From Mantamonas sphyraenae STR306 (lineage: Eukaryota; Protista; CRuMs): a stretch of 64,000 nt of DNA. The notes under the pieces are model-generated. The model had not been told where the DNA came from. It saw only the letters and a program-made list of their open reading frames with translations, and ran no database searches. Where the stretch lies: assembly GCA_026936335.1 (NCBI GenBank), contig JAPMXV010000032.1, positions 1-64,000 of the forward strand, given 5' to 3'. Shown piece by piece: positions 55,256 through 64,000 of this stretch (its first letter is position 1; the number at the start of each line of letters is the position of its first letter). Both the position numbers and the translations under genes were made by a program.

Positions 55256-58200
55256 ATGCACTTTTTCGGTTCCAAACGGAACCAACGCCAGGACTTCTTC
55301 GCATTGGACGACGACGAAGGTGGCGACTTTGAGGATGCTGCCCTGCAGCGGATGGACTCGGACGCCTCTTTGCTCTCGGATCGCGTCGTCGCTTTCTCTT
55401 CGCTCCTAGACGACGGGAACAGCTCAGATGCACTCGCAGAGGGTCTCCCTCCCAACGACACCGATCCTCAATCTAGCTCATCCACATCCCATGCCAGCAC
55501 AACCTCGGCAGGGACTGGCAGTGGCCTTCGCACTGGCGACGAAGACCGGCACTTGCTTGCTGGCTCTCGCTCCTCCTCCGCCTCTGCAAGCGCTCACATG
55601 CAACGCGCTGCCCAGGCCCAGGCCTCCGACCCGTCTTCACTCAACATCACATTGGCACCGCCTCCCAAAGAGCTCTCCGACCGCCTCAAGCAACGCAAAG
55701 ACCTGGGCCGCTTGCAGTCCTCACGCCGCTACCTCTTCGAACCTGTCCAGGACACCGAGGACCCATCTACTCCCTCCATCACTCACACAGGTCTTGTCAA
55801 CGCAGCATCGTCCATCTCTGAACAGTCTGAACACGACGACGACGCCCTCATGCAGTCCATGCTGGACGCTGTGCAGGAGCAGGTGAGTGTCCATCCGCAC
55901 GACATTCTTGCTCGGGCAACCCTCCGCTCACACACCGCCCCGTCCACAGATCGACACCATCCAGTACTCTCTGCCTCCTCTCCCATTCGACGCGATCCGT
56001 CTGCAACGGGCCATCCATGCAGCCGTGCACGGCGCACGCAGTTTTGCCGCCCGTCGAACAGAGCGCGTCACATCCGAGGCCCTCATCGAGTCGGGCCTCA
56101 ACTCGGTTTGGACGCAGCGTCAGTTCATCAAAACCGTCTCTGGTCAGTGCGACCATGGCAACAATGCCACAGGCTCCGTCACCGTTACAACCATGGAGTG
56201 TGACCACAGAACCCTGGACACCTCCAGGGTCCGCATGAGCGAGTACCAGGCCATGATGTCTCGCCATCACTACGAAGAGGGCTATCTCGAACACTCCACC
56301 GAGCTTGCACTCATGGAAATCCTGTTTCAGTGCCATGCGCTTCTCTCCCCGGACCCGACCATCCTTCGAACCCAGATGCACATTCTCTTTCATCAGGCCA
56401 TGCGCCACGCCTACATCCCGTCCACCTTGCGCGCTGTTCTCCAGTCGCTTATTCTCACTCTCGGCATGATGCTGTTCCGTGCCCCCGCATCTCCCGTCGA
56501 GTCCATCCGCGGCCACCACGACGATAACAACAGCAACAAGAACTCCGACGCAAACAACCACAATCAAGTCGAGGAGGAAGACACCTTGTTGATTGACCTC
56601 TCTTCGCCCGAAGAGACCTCCTCCACCCTCGTAGAGGCTCCTGCTACTGCCTCCAGCAGTGACGACATCTTCTCCGACGATTTTCTCTCTCTTCTCGGCC
56701 AGGGTCCATCACAAGGTGCCAGCCCTGTGCTCCCACAAGGCAATGTGGAGGATTCAGAGGCACACATTCCGCAAGAACACGGTGAACAAGACACACAGGA
56801 CGTCCCTGCGACGGAAGGTCGAGAGGACACGGACGACGCCACCACTTGGCGAAGAGCGAACCAAGACTTCCTCCTTGCCTACATTGCCTCATGTGGTGGT
56901 TTCAGTTGGGCCGCTCCCCTGCTTCATCCGGATATCCGCGATCTCGTCGAGTGCGACTGGATGCGCAAAGTGTTGCAGCAGCCGCCGCCAAAACCCGACG
57001 GCATGCCCGCGATTGTCGACGAGCAGGAGGCTGTCGTTTCCCTGGACGACATCAAGGGCGTCCCCATGTCTCCCAGCGACTACGTGCGCATCCTCCGTCA
57101 GATGGAATGGGAATGTCTCGACGAACTGTCTGACCGCGAGCTGCTCGACTCGGTGGTTACGCCTGCCTGTGAAGGAGCAAACCAACTCGTCTCCACCGCA
57201 GAATCTGCACCCATTATCCTTTTTCTGGCCAAACTCATGGTGCAAGTCGCCTCCCTGCGCCCTCATCTCCTTCCGGCCATTCTCCCGTCCATTCTGAGCA
57301 TGCCCTTTCCCAGCGAGCTCGTCTGCGTCCCCGTGCTCAAATGCCTTCCGCTGGCGAATGCACACTCGAATCAGCTCCAACAGCTGCTGTGCTTCCTCAT
57401 CAACATCGACGACGACACTCTGGACACATATGCTCGCAAGCCCAGATCCGAACGCAGGACCCACCGCACCAATCTCGCGCGCTACTGGATCCAAAACACG
57501 GAGCTCATGCAATGGATCAGCCAGCAGCTGCCCACGCAGCTCAGCTCCTCCTTTCCAGCCATTGATCTCATCGCGCACATCGCGTCCGTCAGCTTGCGCA
57601 ATTGGGAGCTGGCCACCGGAGCACGTGTCCTTCCAGACAACCTCCACTGTGCACAGTGGGTCAAAGACCCCCAGCATGCCATGAAAGAGCATGAGGTTGC
57701 AGCGCTGCCATCGTATCATGCACATGTGTACATTGGCCAAGCCGACACCCGAACTGTGTTTTCGCATCCCGACTACGCCGAACAGCTCCTCGTTGCAACT
57801 GTGGCCATCGAAGAGCTCCAATGGCTGGTGTTTTCTAGCCCCAATGCCCTGGACACATCCATGCAGACCAAGACTGCCGAGCTTCAACAGCATGCCACGC
57901 GCACTCTCGGTCTCCTTACACAGCGCTTCCCCGTTGTGATCGACCATCTCATGGTCCACCACAACGTGCCCACCGACTCGATGCCAACCTGGTGGGCCAC
58001 GGCTTGGAACAGTCTCGCAGTGCAGAACCACTTTCCGTCCTTGGAAAGCATGCATCATCTCACGATCCCCATGCTGGACAACCCCATCGCCCCAGGCATG
58101 GATGTACAGGAAGCTTTGGACCACATACTCAGCCATAGCTACCCGCGCTTTGACTCGGACACGACAAGCGTCCAGTACCGTAGCAGCTTGCTCTGGCTCG

Positions 58201-61200
58201 TGGCAACACACACCAATTGGCATCTGGCTGCGCCGTCCGTCAAGGAACATACGCAACTGATGCTCTTGCACGCATTCTTGCAGCAGCGTGCACCTCTGCG
58301 CTTGCTTCAAACCCAACTGCTTGGCCCGCGCACGAGCGGACGCCCGCTCACCTGGATTACACCCGACCTTGCACGTGCCCTTGTGCGCACGCCGTGTCCG
58401 ACCTCGTACAACAAGGCCCAACAACAGGTGTTCATGTTCTTCGTCTTTCTGGCACAGGCTTCGTTGGGTCCGCACGAGGACTATGATTCCTCCTGGGTCG
58501 CCGCGCTGCTGGAGGTTGCCACACAGGCCCTGGAGCTCCCTTCCCAGCTTGACTACAACAGTGCAGACAGGAGGAGCGAAGCAGTGGCACATACGATGTT
58601 TCGCACGCTGGATGCTTTGAAGGATGTGCCCTATGCCGTCGATGGACACGTGGCAAAGTTCATCAAACAAGCCATGAGTGCATTCGGAGGAAGCAAAGCT
58701 GACCAGGCCACCATGGTGAACAATATGGTTTCCAAAAGCGTCCAGCATTCGCCTGTGGATCCCGATGTGCGCTTGTGGATTGATCTGTGGGTGCAGGCTT
58801 TCACAGTAGGGGACTTTGCAGACAGCAAGCTCATGCCCTTTCTGCACACGCTGTCGTACGGCTGTTGGATAGAGACAAATTCTGGGGCCAACTTCCAGGC
58901 GTTTGAGTGGCTGGTTCAGAGTTTGGAGGTGCGTCAGGAAAACGACGTGCCCAAGAAGCTCATCGACAAGATGGTGGCCAAGAACCACGATTTTACGGCG
59001 TTGGCACTCATGCTTGCGTACTCGCCTCGTTTCCCGTCGGTAATGGGCGAGAGTGGATCGTCGACTGGGTCGTCCTCGTCGGGCGACGGCCGGGGCCGAT
59101 CCTCCAGCTTGTTTGGGTCACTGCTGGGAGGATCCAACACAGAAAGTGCCTTGGAAATGATGATGAAGGCCGGCATCAAGAGGAAACAGCAAGTGGTGGC
59201 GTTGATTTACTGGCAGGCCTTTTTGTGGGAGTGTCACACGGGCGACCACGCTGTCAGCACAAGCATGCAGGAGACGTGCAACAAGCATTGGGTCGAAACG
59301 GCCAAAGGATTTGAGGACGAGGATCGTGTTCTGTACTCCCTGTACTACTCGTTCTGCACCTGGTCACGTGAAACGTTGCCCGGGCAGGGCATGTTCTTCC
59401 ACGCTGTGCCCGACCTGCTCACGTATGCGCTGGAGCTTCCCGACACCCAAAGCTGGCCGCGAGTATCGTATCTCCACGGAAACGTGCGCGTAGACGCCGA
59501 GACCAGGGACCCTCGAGGCGCTGAGCAGATTGACGTGCTTTCGTTGCTGGCGCTCCAATTGCCAGCAGTGGAGTACACACAGGGCTCCTCCACATCCACT
59601 CACCCGGAGATGAAAAGTGCTTTGGAAGCCATCTGTCAGCGGGCCAGCCAACGCGTGGCAAACCAGCTGTGTGGGATGCCTTTGGCCATGGAAGAGTTGC
59701 TGCACGATGTCCTCGACGCAGACGCGCCCCCGCGCACTGTGTATGTGCAGCTGCTGCGCGAAGAGACGTACCGACGCACATGCGTGGACAAGCAAATTGT
59801 ACAGCTGCTGTCACACTGCGCAGAGCACGGTGCGGCCGCGCCGTTTGGCAACGACCTGCTTTCGTTCTCGTCGATTTTGGGCACCTATGGCATGTGTACG
59901 GGCTCACTGAGTCGCTTGGACACAGAGCTGTTGGATATTGTGCAGGGGATGTTTGCCAACCAGGCGATCATGGTTCCGTGTCAGCTGTTCTGCTCTGAGG
60001 TGTGCGCAAGTCCTCGGTTTATCCAGGCACCTTCCTCGAGCGTGTCGCGCGACATGAGCGCGCCTCAGCGTATCCAAACCAACCGAGCCGAGTTCCAGCA
60101 GTGGATTGGCCAGCTGCTGGACAATGCCAAGGCATTTGCCAACTATGGCAACGTGCTGGGACGCATCCGAGCGTTGGGCACGCGCCTGGACACATCGGAC
60201 GAGGCCATGCGCCATGCACTGCAAGCGTATGTCCAATACCTGTGTCGGTTTTCCATGATGCAACAGATCCCAGGGTTCTTGCAGAGAATTCGTGCTACCT
60301 TTCAAAACACGACCACGCAGCTTGCACAGCGCTGGTTGGTGCCCGACGCCGCGGCTCAAGGTCCTTGGCTTCGTTTTCTGATGCAATCGAGCATGGATTG
60401 TGCAGAGGTGCTGCGCAAGCAGGGGATCAATCAGCCGAATGCGAGCGGACGCACCGATCTGCTGGAGTCCGACGGCATGGATGAGGACAGGGATGGCTCG
60501 TCGTCGTCGGCCGCACCGCAAAGTCGCTGGTCGCATGCATTGGGTAAAGCACGAGAACAAGTGCGGCTACAGCGTATGGAACGGCTGCGGCACGAGGGAC
60601 ATCGTACTTGGGTGGTGCTGCTGCTCAACACAGGCGTGTTGCTGGACCAGGGCGACCTGGAAACGTACATGGAGCTTATGGAAATGTTTGCGCAGGAGGA
60701 ATACGACATGGTGGATTTCGAAGAGCAGGCGCTGTTGAACCAGTTTGACATGGAAAAGTTGGCGAGGACGCTGGAGGCTGAGGCTGGAGGCGAGCGTGTG
60801 CAACAGTGTGTTGTGCGTGCCGTAGGCGCCTCTTTGTCGTTTGCTACTCGAACGGCACTGCAGGGAATGGCTGGCCGCCTGCTGGGACTGATGGCAAGCG
60901 TGCACTCGCCCCGCAATGTGACGTTGGTCACGGGCCGCCTGTTGGATGCGGCCGCCGACGGGACGTTGCCTGAGCACGTGGGCCTTGGATCGGTGCTGGC
61001 AGCGTTGAGCCCCGAGCAGCTCGACATGAAGGTGGTGAGCCAGGTGATGCAGCTTGTGAAGCGCAAGTATGCACGAGTGAGCGACAGGGGCCACCAGGCA
61101 GGTCTGGTGACGCTCTGTGCGCACATGGTGGCCCATTCGCTGGAACTTCGAGAGAAAATGGCCGACATGGTGGAGCAAATGGCAGTGTGCCTGACTGAGA

Positions 61201-63359
61201 AGCTGCCGCAGCATGAGGATGCGAGCGTGGTGCTCGGTGAGGCCATTGAGGACGATCTCGCAGAGAATGTGCTGGCCATCATGATGGCCGTGGGCCTGAA
61301 TGCCATCCACTTTCCGGCCGAAGTGAAGCGCACCCTCTATCCCGTGGAAACAAGGGCCCTGGAGCAGTACTGCACGTGGGTGTCAGCTGTGGGGCGAGCG
61401 CCAGGATGCGAACGCTTTGTGGATCTGGTTTTGCTGAGCTATGATGGGTGGACGCAACGCGCATTGCAGCGTGCACCTCCCTCGGCTGCGGCTGACATCA
61501 TCCTGCTGTGGCAGAGTCTGCCGTGGAACGAGTGCCGCGTGGTGACCGAGTCGCCCGAGTCGCTGGCACAGCTCATACGCATGTGTGCCGATCAGCCGCA
61601 GCTCGTGCAGATGATCCTGAGTGCGGTGGATGTGGACCAGGTGCTGGAACGCGACCGGGCATTTGCTCCGCCACTACTGGCCGCCGGGTGGGCATTGGAA
61701 CTGGTGAACAACGTGTTGCTGCCGGGCGTCTCTCAGCTGGCCGCACGCATGTGTGACCCAGCGTGGTACAGTGGAGTGGACCAAAGCCATTTTGTTGCAG
61801 TATGGGAGCATGCCATGGCCAATTTTGATGTTGGTGGGTGCATCCAGACTCGCTCGGTGGCGTTTGACAATGTGGAGGTGTCGGTGGTGGGCATGATGGA
61901 AGCACTGAAGACAATGGCCGAAGCCAGTGGTCTTTTGTGCGTTGCAGAGAGCACGGCGGCGATGTGCATGTCGTTGATGTACGCGTGCTTCCGCGATCAC
62001 TCGGCAGGACTGTTTTGGTTCCTGTCGGACGTGGCCCACGCCAATGTGTGCACGAGTGTCATAATGCCACTGTGTACGCTACATCCATCCAACGAACAGG
62101 TTCTGAGTGCGCTTGTTTCGTGCGTGCGCGCTGCCTTCCTTCCGGAACGAATGCTGCTCACGTCGAACGTGCTGGCAGGATGTTCCGCGGCCTCGCGGGA
62201 CAACCCACGCCCGCTGTCGTCGTCAAACATGTCGCCACGCCGAAGCGTGTCCGGTGCAGTTTCCACTTCGCCTCGTGCGTATTCGAGCAACGAAGCCGGA
62301 TCGTCATCTTCGTCGTCCACGTCGGCATCCAGTGGACGCAGCAGGTCGTTGCTGTCCGCATTTGGCGGGAATGGTGGCAGCAATAGTGGCGGTGGTACAG
62401 GGAGCAGCGGGGTGTCCGAGAGCAAGATGGGGGCGTACACTCTGGAGGTGCCTTTGCGCCACTCTGGCAGCACGCTGCTGCCGAGGTGGCACCCAGAGTC
62501 TGCACTGATGGAGCGAATGAGGCAATTGGTGATGCAAGTGGTGATGCAAAGTTCTGCCGAAATGGCTCTGGGTGTGGTGAGTGTGCTCAGCGACAGTGTC
62601 GTGCTGGATGGGCAAACGATGACGGAATTGATGGAAGAGGCCATGCTGCTGTACCTGCGCAGCATGAGCGAAGTGGAGGACGAATGGCCGCGACAGGCAC
62701 TGTGTGACAGCTTGGCCCGATCCAAGCGAGCACATTCGGACGAGCTGGAGCTTCTGGCCGAATTGAGTGTGATCAACCGCACGCCTGTGGTGCTGGCCGT
62801 GTGTATGGCTGTGATGCGCAAACAGACCTCCCACGAGAATCTGCTTGCGATGTTGATGACGCTGGCGTCCAATGCAGAGGGCAATGCGGCGAAGCACAGG
62901 CAGGAGGACATGGCCATGTGCTGGTTTGTTGCGCTGGAAGAACTTGCAGCCAGCAGCGATGCAGCGCTGCGCCGTGCGTTTGGAGCGGTAGGTGCGTTGC
63001 GCATGCGACTGCTCCAGCTCACTGAAGGGCTGGCACAGGGGACACGCAGTCTCAAGGCGTACAACAAGGCAAACAAGGCTCCCAAGCTGGAACAAGCTGG
63101 ATCCTGGGGTCTGCGGCTTGCCGCAGGAGCATGTTTGGTGTACTTGGAGCGTCTGTGTGGCAGTGACGAGACAGAGGCGCTCTTGGATGCATTGGTGGCC
63201 ATGAGCAGCAAGGCGGGCGGAGTTGCGGCCGAGTTTGCTCAGGAAGCGCCGGGCATCTCTGCCACCCTGTTTGAGGTGCCCGATCTGGAGCAGCTGCTGG
63301 CTGCACGTCTTTTGCCCATCTTTGTTGAGCTGGGTGGGTTCGTGGCAAGGAGTGGGTAG
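55256..63359 (+). CDS. EPG5: EPG5 (ectopic P-granules 5) autophagosome-lysosome tether, ~2678 aa; join(55256..55882,55950..63359)
   Basis: Size and ordered motifs matching EPG5: VW.....V.GQC, GG..WAAPLL, DY..IL.Q, LIYWQ.F, LY.S...W..E, LD.ELL......N, LPW; 67-bp intron GTGAGT...CCACAG. Confidence 0.78.
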
Positions 63360-63390
63360 CAGCGCGCACGGCTGAAAGAAAACAAAGGGA

Positions 63391-63932
63391 ATGGTTGGTT
63401 TGTGTCTTGTTGGATGGTTTGTCTGGTTGCATTGCTGCCGCTCACACCAACGCTCCCACACATGAGCAGTCGGGTGCACAGGAAGACTTGTACCACTTTG
63501 CATTCAAGGTTGTTGTGGTGGGCGACACTGGCGTTGGCAAGTCGAGTCTAGTCCTGCGGCAAACGGGCAGCATGGGGGCACAAAACGACGAGCATGGCTC
63601 AACTTCGTCGTCGTCGTCGTTCTCATCCTCATCAGGAAAACAGGGAGGCCGCAAAGGAGTCGTGGGAATCAACTTCAAGGTGAGAGGGGGGTGGGGAGCA
63701 GTGTCGAGTAACGGCGAAATCGCCGTCTCGGGTTGCTGGTGTTGGAAGAGACATACCCTGACACAGGTGGGCTTCGGAACGACGTGGAATGGGTGTGTGC
63801 AGACGGCGTTGTATGTGGCAAAGCCACGAATCTACCAGGTGCAGCTGTGGGACGCACCGGGCGCGGAGCGGTACCTGAAGCTGACCAGCCGGTTTGCGGC
63901 GGGTGCAGCAGGTGCTGTGTTTGTGTATGACA
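63391..63932 (+). CDS. Atypical Rab-like small GTPase, 5' part (ATG micro-exon at 63391 or 63414; exons 63482-63679, 63803-63932); continues beyond the window
   Basis: FKVVVVGDTGVGKSSL P-loop, VGINFK, QLWDAPGAERY, AAGAVFVYD; split by introns, so absent from the ORF track. Confidence 0.88.
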
Positions 63933-64000
63933 GTGAGTTAGAGGCCAGAAGACACAAGAAAGCAAACAGAGTGTTTTATTCAAAGGGGGGGGGGGTTGGG

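Noticed and set aside
1-64000. tRNA, rRNA, CRISPR arrays, stop-codon reassignment
   Set aside because: None recognised by eye; TAA, TAG and TGA all terminate conserved genes at the expected positions. tRNAscan-SE or Infernal would be needed to exclude small RNAs.

Overview
Left end of a linear chromosome from a very compact, GC-rich, flagellated eukaryote (protist); the standard genetic code fits every gene. A (CCCTAA)n telomere is followed within ~285 bp by the first of about 27 protein-coding genes with short GT-AG introns. I reconstructed exon phases by hand, and the complete models give whole numbers of codons. Family assignments come from remembered motifs, not database searches. Recognisable genes: TSC2/tuberin, an At4g15545-like coiled-coil protein, RCL1, SmE, DRC12/CCDC153, TMEM138, ABHD11-like esterase, CCDC60-like, V-ATPase E, CNNM, proline dehydrogenase, STE24, NPRL2, CENP-O, RMDN-like, SRP9, EPG5 and an atypical Rab-like GTPase that runs off the window. 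Most notable: (1) a ~5,640-aa adhesion-type receptor (LamG, filamin/Ig, IPT, Cys-rich, ~9 TM) fused to a cytoplasmic RGS domain; (2) a telomere-adjacent orphan nuclear protein with four diverged winged-helix-like modules; (3) TSC2 with a degenerate GAP domain; (4) almost no intergenic DNA (ATG-to-ATG gaps down to 33 bp) and recurring motifs in 5'-proximal introns; (5) a transcription-independent saw-tooth C/G skew suggesting fixed replication origins; (6) a small WH2/thymosin-like CaaX protein that the ORF track hides inside a longer ORF.
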